Assembly (NCBI GenBank): GCA_004431415.1
Contig: QPMI01000531.1
Coordinates: 62,001-126,000 of the forward strand
DNA from: Cyanophora paradoxa CCMP329
Taxonomy: Eukaryota > Plantae > Glaucophyta
Length of the DNA stretch: 64,000 bases
Direction: 5' to 3'
A model generated the notes under the pieces. That model saw only the letters and a program-made list of their open reading frames with translations. It did no database searches and was not told where the DNA came from. Positions 47,033 to 58,849 of the stretch are shown in pieces. Made by a program: the position numbers and the translations under genes. Within the stretch, counting starts at the first letter, position 1. Every line of letters begins with the position of its first letter.

Positions 47033-50000
47033 ATGTCGGTGCGTTCTCCGAGTGGTCTGGAAGTGGCCGAGCGCGGTCCCGGGACGCCGCTCGGCTGACG
47101 CCGTGTACGCGCACGCAGCAAAAGACCGCGGACATCAGGAGTTTCTTCGGAGGCGGCGCTCCGAAGAAGAAGGAAGTGCGCACAGCCGCGTGGCGACGCT
47201 CCCGCCAAGCTGCACGCTGACCTCGGACCGCTCGTGCACCGTGCGCAACGCAGAGCTCGCAAGGATCGCAGAAGGACGAGGACGATACGAAGAAGAAGCC
47301 AACCTCGAAGGCGGCAAAGAAGGCGGACGGTGCGCGTGACCCGCGCGTTCAAATTCTGGCGCGTCGCGCCTGAGCGCCGGTACAGACGAGGCGCCGAAGG
47401 CCAAGGGCAAGAAGGCGTCCGCGAGCGATGACAAGTGCGCTATCGCGCGTGTCCGCCTTAGCTACGGCGCCTGGCCGGCGCCCCGGCGCCCTGACGCTCG
47501 TTCCTCTCCCGCGCAGGCCCAAGGGCGCCAAGAAGCGGCTCTCGAAGGTGGAGTTCATACCAAACGACGCAGAAGAAGATGAAGAAGAGGTGAAAGAGGA
47601 GAAGAAGCCGGCGGGGAAGAAGACGACACCGAAGAAGGCGGCGCCAGCGAGCGCCGAGAAGAAGAAGCGCAAGGCGAAGGACGAGGAGGAGGAGGAGGAG
47701 GAGGAAGAGGAGGAGCAGCCGAAGCGGCGGAGGCTAAAGAAGAAGCCGGCGGAAGAGGACGAGGAAGAGGAGGAGAAGCCGGTGCCGGAGACGCCGCTGG
47801 CGGGGGCCGCGGGGGCGCGCCCCAGCGCGGCCTCTTCCTCCTCGAAGGCGGTGCCGGAGACGCCGGAGTGCAAGCCCGAGCCGAAGAAGGTCGCCTCGAA
47901 GTACTTCGCCGCCCCCCCGCCCGCCGCCTCCTCCGGGCCCTCCGTCCGCGCCGACGAGGTGCGCGCCCGCCCGGCCCGCCCCCCCGCTCCCGCCCCGCTC
48001 AGCGGCGCGCAGGCGAACTTCGGCGCGATGTTCGCCGGCCTGAAGAAGGCGAAGAAGGAGGAGGTGAGGGGCCGGGACGCGGGGCGGCCGCGCGGGGGCG
48101 CCTCACGTGGGCGCGGGGGGGCAGGCCAAGCCGGAGGTCAAGCCCGAGGTGACCGCCCTGGACTCGGACGAGGAGGCCACGCCCGCCGCGAAGGCGCGCG
48201 CCCCGCCCGCCCCGCCCCGCCCCGGCCCTCCCCGGCCCCGGCCCGTCACTGACCGTCCGGGGCCGCGGCGCAGGCGGCGCCGGCCAAGGCAGCGACCCCG
48301 CCGGCAAAGGCCTCGCCCGCCAAGGCGCCGTCCGCGAAGAAGGAGCAGGAGGCCAAGAAGAAGGTCGGCGCCCGCGCGGGGCCGTCGCGCCGCTCCCGCG
48401 CCTCCGCTGACGCGCGCCGGGCAGGAGGAGAAGGCGATCGTGCTGGAGGACAGCGGGGACGAGGCCGCGGCCGCCAAGAAGGAGGCCCCCAAGCCCGTGC
48501 GCCCCGCCCCGCCTGCTCCCCGCTCCCGCTCCCGCCCCATTCTTAGCCGCGCCGTCGCCGCCGCAGGCCGCGTCGGCGCGCAAGCTGCCGGCCTCGTTCG
48601 GGGGCGGCGCGGCGGCCTCGCCGGCGAAGAAGGGCGCGGCGACGAAGCGGGGCAAGGGGGCGGAGGAGGACGAGGGGGACGAGGAGGAGGAGGCCGCCAG
48701 CAAGAAGAAGCCCAAGGCGGAGAAGCAGGAGGAGAAGAAGGCGTCGCCGGCGGCCAAGGGCGCCAGCGAGGGCGAGGGCGAGAAGGAGAAGAAGTGCGCC
48801 CCCGCCGCGCCCCGGCCGCGCCGGCCGCCGGGGGCGAGCGCGGGGGCGGGCGCAGGAAGGGCCCGCCGGCGTGGAAGGGGCGCAAGGAGGCGGTGAACGC
48901 GCCGCCGCCGATGGCGGGGCAGAAGGAGATCCCCGTGGGGGCCCCCAACTGCCTCGCCGGGTGCGCCGGCCCCGCCCCGCCCCCGTCGCTGCGCCCCCTT
49001 AGCCCCGGCGCAGGAAGGCGTTCCTGTTCACGGGGCTGGGGGAGGCCCTCACGCGGACCGAGGCGGAGGACCTGGTCAAGATGTACGGCGGGTGCGCCGG
49101 CCCCGCCCCGCCCCGCCCCGCCGGCCCGGGCGAGCGGCGCGGCGAGACGCGCCGGCGCAGGACGATGAAGAACGACGTCTCGAAGAACCTCCACTACATC
49201 GTCGTCGGCGCCGACCCGGGGCCCTCCAAGATCGACAAGCTCGCCAAGTACCCCACCGTCAAGGCGCGGCCAGCCCCCGCCCGGTCCGGCCCGGCGCGGG
49301 GGCGCCCCTCACGTCCCGCCCCCGCCCGCAGCGCATCGACGAGGACGGCTTCCTTGACCTGATCCGCAACTCGGCGCCCGTGCGCGCTCCAGGCGCGGGG
49401 CCGCCGCCCTGCGCGCCCCGCTGACGCCGCCCCCAGGTCGACGACGAGAAGGCGATCGAGCTGCAGAAGACCGGCGGCAAGGCAACGGCGCGCTCCGCCC
49501 CCGCCCGCCGCGCCCGGCCCCCGCCCGGCTGAGGCGCGCTGCAGAAGGCGAAGACGTCGCCCAAGGGCAAGGCCAAGGGCGGCTACCTCGACATCGGCGC
49601 CGTCGCCTCCTCCTCCTCCTCCTCCGCCGCCGCCGCATCCTCCTCCAAGGCGGCGCGCCCGCCTGCCCGCGCGCCCCGCGCGGCGCACCGCGGCTCACGA
49701 CGGCGGCGGCGCAGGGCTCGCACGCGTATCCGTCGTCGCAGGCCCTGTTGGACACGAAGGTGGCCGAGTCGGGCCTCTGGGTCGACAAGTACAAGCCCAA
49801 GTCCCTCGACGAGGTGCGCGGCCCGCAGGCGGCGCCCCCGCGCCGCCCGCCGGCCGCGCCGAGCTCGAGCCGACGCAGGTCGTCGGCAACGGCGCCGGCG
49901 CCAAGCGCCTGGACACGTGGCTCGCCTCCTGGTGCCGCCCGGCCCCGCCCGCCGCCCCGCCCCGCCCCGCCTGCGCCGCCGAGGCGCTCGGCAGGGAGCA

Positions 50001-52876
50001 CGGCGGGCCCGACACCATCCAGGAGGAGCCGAAGGGGGCGAAGGGCAAGGACAAGGGGGTGGAGATCAAGGGCAAGAGGGCGGTCCTCATCTCCGGCCCG
50101 CCCGGTGCGGCGGGGTCCAGCGCGCGCCCCCCGGGCGGCGGACGACGAGGGCCGGGGGCAGGGATCGGGAAGACGACGGCGGCGGCGCTGGTGTGCCGGC
50201 TGCGCGGCTTCGACGTCGTCGAGCTGAACGCCTCGGACGCGCGCTCCAAGGGCGCCCTCAAGGCGCGTCTACCCCGCCCGCCCCAGCCCCGGCTCGCTCA
50301 TGCGGGGCGGCAGGACCTGGTGCAGCACGCGCTGCGGAACCGGTCGATCAAGGGGTACGCGACGGAGGACCTGGACTCGGGGCGGAGCGTCCAGGCGCGC
50401 GAGCGCCTCGCGCTCATCTTCGACGAGTGCGACGGCATGACCGGCTCCGACCGCGGCGGCATCCAGGCCCGCCGCCCCGCCGTCCCCGCCCCTCCTGCCT
50501 CCGCCGACGCGCGCGGGCCGGCCGGCAGGAGCTCATCCTGTACATTAAGAAGGCCAAGGTCCCCATCATCTGCATCTGCAACGACCGCTCCTCAAAGAAG
50601 GCGCGCCCCGCGGCCCCGCCCCGCCCCGCCCCCGCCGCCTCGCGCCGAGCGCCTCGCAGGTCAAGAGCCTCGCGAACCACTGCGCCGACCTGCGGTTCCA
50701 GAGGTGCGGCGCTGCGGTGGCGCGCCTGCGGGGCCCCGTGCCCTCCCCTCCCCCGGGTGAGGTGGCGGGGCGCGGGGCAGGCCGCCGAAGGACGCGATCG
50801 CGCGGCGGGTGCAGGAGATCGCGCGCCGCGAGGGCCTCTCCATCGACATGAACGCCGCCACCTGCGTCCGCCCCGCCCCCGCCCGCCTCCCCCGCCGCGC
50901 TGTCCCGTTTGTCGACCCGGCCGCCCGCAGATTGCGGAAACCTGCAACAACGACATCCGGCAGGCGCGCCGCCGCCCCGCCGCCCGGCCCTCCCGGCCCT
51001 CCCGGCAGCTGATTTCTCGCGCAGGTTCTCAACAACCTGCAGATGATGCGGCGGAACCGGACGCAGGTGACGTACATGCAGGCCAAGGCGCAGTCGGCGG
51101 CGAACGCCAAGGTGGGGCCGTGCCCCGCCCCCTCCCCGCCCCGCCGCCCCCGCGGGGCGCCGCTGAGGGGGCCGCGGGGCAGGACATCCCCATCTCGCCC
51201 TTCGACGTCGCCCGCGACCTCCTCGACGTGCCCCGCCCCGCGCAGCGCTGCGCTGCGCGCCCCGCCCCCGCCCCGACGCCGCCCCGCCCCGGCCCCGCCG
51301 CAGGCAAACAAGTCGCAGAAGGTCAAGATGGCGGACATGATGTGCGGGCGCCCGGCGCGGGCCCCCGGCGCGCGGCTCTGCTGACGCGGGGGCGGGGGCA
51401 GCAACGCGCACTTCAACGACGCGGACTTCGTGCCGATGCTGATCCAGGAGAACTACGTGAACGTGCAGCGCCCGTGGGCCGCCGCCGGCAAGGGCGACGA
51501 GGTCGCCATGGAGTTCGTCGCCCGCGCCGCCGACTCCTGCTCGTCCGCCCCCCCGCCCCGCCCCCGCCCCTCCCTGCCGCCCCGAGCCGAGGCGGCGGGG
51601 GCAGGGAGGGGGACGTGATGGGGCGGGCGATCCGGCAGCGGCAGCAGTGGCAGCTCTCGCAGGCGCACGCCGTCCTCTCCACCGTCCGCCCCGCCGTCTT
51701 CGCCAGGCGCCCCCGCCCCGCCCCGCCCCGCCCCGCCCCGCGCGGCCTTTCTCGAGCCGCCGCGCAGGGGCGGCCTGCAGCAGACGGCCTGGGGCTCGGG
51801 CATCAAGTTCTCCGACTGGTGCGCGGCCCCCCGCCCCGCCTCGGCGCGGGGCGCGGCGCGGGCCGACGATGCGGGGCCAGGTTCGGGAAGAACTCTTCGG
51901 AGAAGCGGATGCGGCGGCTGGTGAAGGAGATGTCGCTGCACTCGGCGGGGAGGGTGCACGCGGGGCGGGAGGCGCTGCGGCTGGACTGCGTGCCGGTGCT
52001 GCGGGACCGGCTGGTGAAGCCGCTGGCGCGGGAGGGCGGCGAGGCGGTCCCCGGCGTCGTCCGCGACCTCCTCGACCTCGGCCTCACCAAGGCGCGCCGC
52101 CCCGCTCCCGGCGCCCAGCTCCCAGCTCCCAGCGGCCGCCTCACGCGCACGCACGGGGCCCCGCAGGACGACCTCGACGCCGTCATCGAGCTCAACACCG
52201 TCCGCCCCGGCCCCGCCCCGCCCCGGCCCGCCCCTCGCCGGCGTGCGAGCGGGGCGGCGGGTCGCGCAGCTGGGGCCGAGGAAGGAGGACAAGGAGGACC
52301 CGCTGTGGAAGAAGGTCCCGGCGCCCGCCAAGGCCGCCCTCACCCGCGAGTACAACAAGGTCCGCGCGCCGGCGGCGGGGCCGGGCCCTCGGGGGCGATC
52401 AAGCGAGCGGGCGTGCGGGCGGGGCGGGGGGCAGGCGGCATCGTTCGTGCCGCAGCGGGCGAAGGTGACGAGGACGCTTGAGCGGCGGGCGGTGCTGGCC
52501 GAGGACGAGGAGGCCGACCCCGAGGTCGTCGACGTCGACTCCGACGGCGCGCCCGCGCCCGCGCCCGCCCCGCCCCGCCCCGCCCCGCCCCGCCCCCGCG
52601 AGCTCCGGCGCAGAGGAGGGGAGCGACGGGGGCGCCCAGTCGGGGAGCGAGGAGGGCGACGGGGCCCCCGACCTCTCCAAGGCGCCCCCGGCCCCTGCGC
52701 ATCGGCGCTGTCGCCCGCGCGAGCGCTCACGGGGGGCGGGGCGGGCGCAGGTGAAGGGCGTCCGCGTAAAGGCCGGCGGCGCCGCCAAGACCTCGCCCGG
52801 CAAGGGCGCGGCCAAGGGCGCCAAGGGCGGCGCCAAGGGCGGCGCCTCCTCCGCCGGCAAGAAGGGGAAGAAGTAG
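47033..52876 (+). CDS. RFC1: Replication factor C large subunit, 36 introns by manual splicing
   Basis: DIRSFFG N-terminus; BRCT (GAPNCLAGKAFLFTG...VVGADPGPSK...IDEDGFLDLIR); WVDKYKP; GPPGIGKTT; ELNASDAR; DECDGMTGSDRGG; PIICICND; IQENY; KAALTREYNK. Confidence 0.96.
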
Positions 52877-53639
52877 GGGGCAGCGTCTCGTTAGTGTCGT
52901 TCTCGCGAAAGTTACTCACGTTAGTCCTACGGTACCCGGTCATTGTGCATCGATATCGTGAATTCAAAGGCATATCCAGTCCACGGGGGCTCGGGGTGGA
53001 AGGGGCCACTGGGCCAGGCAATTGAACGCGCGCTAGCGCTAGACCATCGAACTCTAGGAACTTCGGAATTCATGATCAATGCGAGTCAGAGAGCCCCCAG
53101 TGCCTCGCAGCTAGCGCTGCCTTGGAATTCGAACTGGTGCCCGTTCACGGTTGACCGAGTTCGATCAACAAATTCAGAGATGCATATGCGTGCACGTGAA
53201 TCAAATGCGCTGAATTGTCCACACTGTGACACCATTTTGAACAACACTGTGACAACCGCGTACACTGCCATTGAATTCGACTGCATTAAGTTGAAGGAAA
53301 AACAAAAAGCTCGCTACAATCGCTGACCAAGTTAAAAATCAGATTCAAATGCGAAGGGCCCGAAATTCTGCATGATACAATTTCGTCACACTAAAGCTGC
53401 TGTGCATGCACACTCACAATTGCAAGTGCAAATTACTTAGCTATAGCTAAAAATAATCATACATAGTCACACTGTGCCAGGAAATACTACATTTGCAAGA
53501 TTAAGACAAATGCTGCAGGAAAATACAAAACGTTCAACGTTGATCATGACTGCATGCGCGACTATAGCTAAGTGAATGTTAAACTCAAGGGCTCGCTGCC
53601 GGAATCTCGCGGCATGCCACGATGGAAGCTCGAGGCCCA

Positions 53640-56600
53640 TTACTCGGAGCGCTGGTCCTCGATGCCGAGCTCGGAGATGTCCCTGGGGGCCCCGCGTCAG
53701 CAGGGCCCGCGTGCGCGCGACGCGCCGCGCCGGCGGCGCACCGGCCGAACATCCAGGTGCGGACGAAGTCCTGGATCACCTGCAGGCGGTTGCGCCACGA
53801 GACCTGCGGCCGCCGAACTCGGGCCCGGCCCAGGCGGACCCCGCCCCGCCCGCCCCCCAAGGCTCGCACCTGCTTGGCGATGTAGACGCTGCGCCAGAGG
53901 ATCCAGGAGGGGTACCCGTACAGGTACCCCACCGGCAGCATCGCCTGCCGAGAGGCGCGCGCGCGGGTCGGGGGCGCGGCTGGGCGGCCTCGGGCGGGGC
54001 CGGGGGCGCACGAGGGCGTAGTTCTCGCCGAGGCTCGTGAGCTGCCCGAGGTTCATGAACCAGAACGGCTTCTTCCACACCTCCGCCTCCTCCGCCCCCT
54101 TCGAGATCCTGCGGGGGCCGCCCCGGTCGACGGGGAGCGCCGGCGCCGGCGCGGGGCACGGGGGTCGGGGGTCGGGGGCGGACCGGTTGAAGTTCCTGGC
54201 GAGGTACTGGCCCTCCTGCGCGGCCACCTGCCCCGTCTGCAGCAGCGCCCCGCTCCGCACCGACGCGCAGTCCTGCATACATTCGGGGCCCGGGCGGGTC
54301 GGCAAGGGCCGGGGCCGGGCGGCTCGGGGCGGGGCGGGGCGGACGCCGATGGCGAAGACGTCGTGGCCGAGGCCGATGACGCGCAGGTTGTCGTCCACCT
54401 CCAGGAAGCCGCGCCGCCCCTGCGCCTCCCCCTCCACCTCGGGGTCCAGCTGGCAAGCGAACGTGCTGCCCCGCCCGCGGTCAGCGGGGGCGGAGTCGGA
54501 AGGGGCCCCGGCCGGCGCACTTGGCAGAGGCGCGGAAGGCCTCGACGAGGGGGTTGGGGGCGACGCCGGCGCCCCAGATGCACGTCCCGAAGGGGAGCGT
54601 CCCCGCCTGCACGGCCCCCGTCGCCGGGTCCTTCGTCTCGTACGAGAGCTCGTGCACGTCCACGCGCTTCACCTGCGCCCCCGCCCGCCCGCGCCGTCGG
54701 CCGGCAGCCCCCCGGGCCGGGAGCGGGGCGGGGCGGGCGCACGGCGGTGTTGAGGCGGACGTCGACGCCGAGCTTGCGGTAGCGCTCGAAGGCCACGCCC
54801 CGCAGCTTCTTCTCGAACTGCCGCCCCAGCGTCGGCCGCTCCGCTTCCGCCGGGGCCGAGGGGCGGTGCCGAGGGGCGGGGCGGGCGGGGGGACCTGGGG
54901 CAGGAGCTCGGAGTCGGCCTGGAGCATGACCACCTTCGCGAGGTCCGCCAGCGCTGCCGGCACGCCCCGGCGCGTCGGCGGCAGGCATGGCGGGGCCGGC
55001 GGCGGCGGCGGTCGGGCGGGCGCTCACCCGGGAACTGCCTCTTGAGGTCGTGCTCGTAGAACTGGTCGCGCGGGCCCGTCAGGGCGGCGGGGACGGGGGC
55101 GGGGCAGTTGCAGGGCGGGGCGCACGTCCTGGAGCTCGCCGGCCATCTCGACGCCCGTGGGGCCGCCGCCGACGACGACGGCCGTCACGAGGCGCGCCTT
55201 CTCCTCGAGGGAGACGGTGGGGAGGATCGCCCGCTCCCACGAGCGCAGCAGCTGCTGCCGCACCTTCTCCGCGTCTGCGCCCCGCCCGCCCCGTACGCGT
55301 CAGCGGCGATCGCGAGCGGACGGAAGCTGGAGGGCGGAGGGGAGGGCGAGGGGCGGGGGCCGGGGGCGGGCCCGGGATCTCCTTGAGGAAGATGCAGTTC
55401 TGCTGGACGCCGGGGATGCCGAAGGTGTTCGTCCTCGCCCCGATCGAGACGACGAGGCGGTCGTACTCCACCTCGAACTCGGCGTCCCCCTCCGTCTCGC
55501 TCCCCAGCGCGTCCCGCGCCGTCGGCCGGCACCGCACCAGCTGCCCCCGACTCATGATCAGGCGGCGCCCCCGGCTCGGAGCGCGCGCCGGCGGGGGGGG
55601 GGGGGGGGGGGGGGGGGGGCTCGCCTTGCGGACGGGGTCGACGCTGGTGCAGACTGCCTCGTAGTACGTCGCGTGCGGCTGCGCCTTGTGGATCGGCTCC
55701 ACGATCTGCGGGCGGCCGCGCGCCGCGCGCCTCAGAGGGGCGGCAGGGCCGCGGGCGATCGCGGGGGCGCACGGAGCGGAACTCGACGGAGCCGACGGCG
55801 GTGGCGGGGAGCAGCGGCGTGAACACGAAGCTGGCGGCGGCCGGCGGCCGGTCAGGGGTGGCGGAGGCGTGGGGGAGGGGGCCGGGGCGGGGGCCGGGGC
55901 GCGCTAGTTGCGGGGGGAGATGAGGACGACGTCGGTCGTGGTGGGGTCGAGGTCCTTGGCGATCGCGTGGCCTGCGCGGGCGGCGGCGAGGGCGAGGGCG
56001 TCGCGTCGGCGGGGTGTTCGAGAGGGCGATGGAGGGTGGGCGGACCGCCCCAGCCGGTGCCGAGGATGACGACGCGCTGCTTTTCCCCGCGGAAGACGCG
56101 CGGTCGCTGGCAGATCGGGCACCTGCGCGCGCCCGCCGTCAGCTGCAATCTGAAATTTGCAATTGATCCGAGGCGGCGCGCGCTGGGCGCACTGGCACTG
56201 CGGCTGGGAGACGCCCTTGCGGCCGTACTCGCGGAAATTGTTCACGGCGCCCTGTGCACGGGTGGTCGGCGTCAGCGGCGGTGGGGCGGCCGTACGCGCG
56301 CGTCACGGCGCGTCGATGTCATGATCATGCATATGTCAGGGGAAAGCGCCAGCTCGCCTGCTTGGCGTTGGAGATGGCCTGCTCCTCTTCACTCCTCGAG
56401 GACGTCGACGAGGGCGTCGGCTCGAACCACTCCGCTGACGCCTGCCCCGCCGGAGGCGCGGCCGGCGCCGCGGCCGGGCTGGCGCGGACGGCGAAGGTGC
56501 GGCCGGCGGCCGCGGCCGTGCCGGCAAAGAAGTCGCGGCGGCCGACGGGAGTGTGCGAGGCGCCCTGCAGATTGGCCGCGGCCGCGGCCGCCGTGCGGCG

Positions 56601-56723
56601 CGCCGGGCGCAGCACCGGCGCCGCCGCGGCTGCCGAGGTCGCCGACGAGGCGGGGAGCTGGCGCCGGCGAGAGGAGGAAGCTTCTACAGCCGCGGCGGCG
56701 GCGGAGCACGGGAGGAAAGCCAT
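53640..56723 (-). CDS. Type II NAD(P)H:quinone oxidoreductase (NDA/NDB-like) with plastid-transit-like presequence
   Basis: [76 protein letters not shown]; leader MAFLPC...DFFAG...RTFAVRAS. Confidence 0.93.
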
Positions 56724-57047
56724 CTTCTTGTTTCTCAAGGATTTCGTTGGATTGGCCCAGTGGACTAGACTGCAGCTAAGCGGCGAGGGGCGCGTGGCGG
56801 GCACTGGCGGCCCGGCGGAGAAGCACGGTGTGACTCAAGTGCTAGCTATAGCTACCTACTCATAGGTAATTCCTCCGTTTACCGGTAAAAGTAAAGCGCA
56901 ACCCTACTCGTGAGTCCGGCGCTCGCGCGCCGCCGTTAATTAACGTTGGCAGGCAGTTAATTGCACCGTTTAACTTGCACGCGTCACCCGTCACGAACTT
57001 CCGCGGTGACGGCGCTGCGTCACCGGAACTGGCCGCGGCCCGCGCCG

Positions 57048-58410
57048 TAGGCCTGCTGCTTGGGGTCAAGCATTTGCCTCAAGCACTTGGCTTGACCTCT
57101 AGCCCCAAGCATTTGAGCCAGAAAGCCGTGCTTGAAGATACTTGCAAATATTATGGGGGGGGGGGGAGCAGGGGGGGGAAGGGCCATACTTAGGCACAGC
57201 GAAGTATAGGCTCATGATCAGCGGCTCAGCCAGCTGCAGGCAGCCAGCATGCGCAGCAATGCCGCCGAAGGAGAAGGGCAAATCCACGCAGTCAGATGCA
57301 GTCATCGGCAAGGATCCGGACGCGTCCGATCCGGCAACATCTCATATACATTCCGTGCCGCGCGCAGTGCCCCCGGCCCGCGCAGCCCATCGCCGGCTCC
57401 AGCGATGCGCCTGCATGCGCAGCTGCAGCTGCGCCAGGGGCGCCTGCAGCAGCGCAATTGCAAGGGCCGCGCACGGACGCGGTCGAGCTCCACCCGGTCC
57501 GATGTCCGAAAGGCCTAGTCCCGTAGGTTCATCTCTCGACTTGACACAGATGGACACCTCAGTTATATCTCTAGCCATTTGTCTCGGTGTGTGCGAATTC
57601 ATCGAAAAAGCGCACGGACGCGGACGACTTAAAAAGCTTCGAATTCGAGCCGATGGCCATGGACAGCCACCTCTGGCTTAAGCGGCAGATCCACATTCTC
57701 ACTTCGTGGGTCTAGATCTCTGCTGGTCGACAGCCATTTCAACACGCCGCGGCGCGCGCAGCACGGGCTGTTCGCGCCGACAGACTCGAGATGGCGAATC
57801 CGCTCAGCGGCTCAGCACGCGGCATGGGCAGGCGACGCTCGGCCCAGCCTTTGAGGCCGTGAAGCCGCTCTCGGATGATCATGAAGATAACCTGGCGCCG
57901 GCGAAGCGCGCACTGGATGCGCGGCTAGCGCTGGGCCTTGGCCCTGAACCCGTGCGCCCGGCCCCCGCGCCCGGCGGCCCGCCCGGCCCGCGCGCGCGCG
58001 CGCGACGCCCGCTCACTCGGCCGCAGAAGCTATCGTCCGACGGATATCGATCGATATCGCGGGACGATCAGGCGGATCATCCTGGCGGAGCACGCGCGCC
58101 AGCGGAAGTTTCACCGACTCAGTGAACAATTTGAGCAAGATCGTATACGACTTAGTTGTTTATGTTTCACTGAACAATTTGAGCAAGATCGCACACGAAC
58201 GTGCGTAGCTAGCTAGCGCGCGCCTTAGGGAAGAGAAAAAGAGGGGCGTACATGGGGTACCCCCCCTCAAGCATTTGACAAATATTTGACCTAGCCGAGG
58301 GGCCAAGCATTTGAGCCGGCCGGCTGGGGTGCTTGGCTTGGCTTGACTCCGGAAGGCCAAAATTTGGCTTGGCTTGGCTTGAAGCCGGGGGGGGTCAAGC
58401 ATCAGGCCTA
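57048..58410. mobile_element. Non-autonomous hAT-type DNA transposon with internal gene-like cargo
   Basis: TIRs taggcctgctgcttg / caagcatcaggccta (14/15 match); 8-bp TSD ccgcgccg at 57040-57047 and 58411-58418; subterminal caagcatttg and cttggcttg repeats at both ends. Confidence 0.88.
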
Positions 58411-58443
58411 CCGCGCCGGCGCCGGCCCGGCGGGCGGTGAAGG

Positions 58444-58485
58444 GGGTTTCGGAGCACCTGGTTTCGGAGCACCTGGTTTCGGAGC
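58444..58485. repeat. 15-bp tandem repeat ggtttcggagcacct (~2.7 copies)
   Basis: Read directly from sequence next to the hAT right end. Confidence 0.8.
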
Positions 58486-58849
58486 TCGCCTGGGGGTATC
58501 GATGATCGCGCACTTCCGCGCGCGGGTCCCCGCGAGCAAGGACTTGCCAAGGAGATGGAGGATCATGGAGCACGAAAGTGCAGGCACGTGGGGCGTGTCT
58601 CGTGCGGAGTCGCGATCGTGCCGCGAGTCGTGCGCCAGCGCCGGCCCAGCCGCCCACGCCCACGTGCCGCCAAGGCGGCCCAGCCCGCCCCAGCCTCGCT
58701 CGACTATCTTCTAATGCGAATTTCAACAATAAAACACCTGCTCCGGTCCCGAGCGAGCGGGACAACGAAGCAACGAAGGGGCGGGGGAACACGGGCCGCG
58801 GGCGCTGCGGCCTGCGGCCTGCGGCGCCGGGTGCTATTTACAGGGGCGC

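Noticed and set aside
53070-53549. tcatgatcaa/ttgatcatga as TIRs of the AT-rich island
   Set aside because: Only 10 bp, made of a palindromic motif common here, and no TSD.
55895-55910. In-frame TAG in NDH-2 after SPRN suggesting readthrough or recoding
   Set aside because: It is TA|gc, a GC donor; splicing restores TAC (SPRNYFVF).
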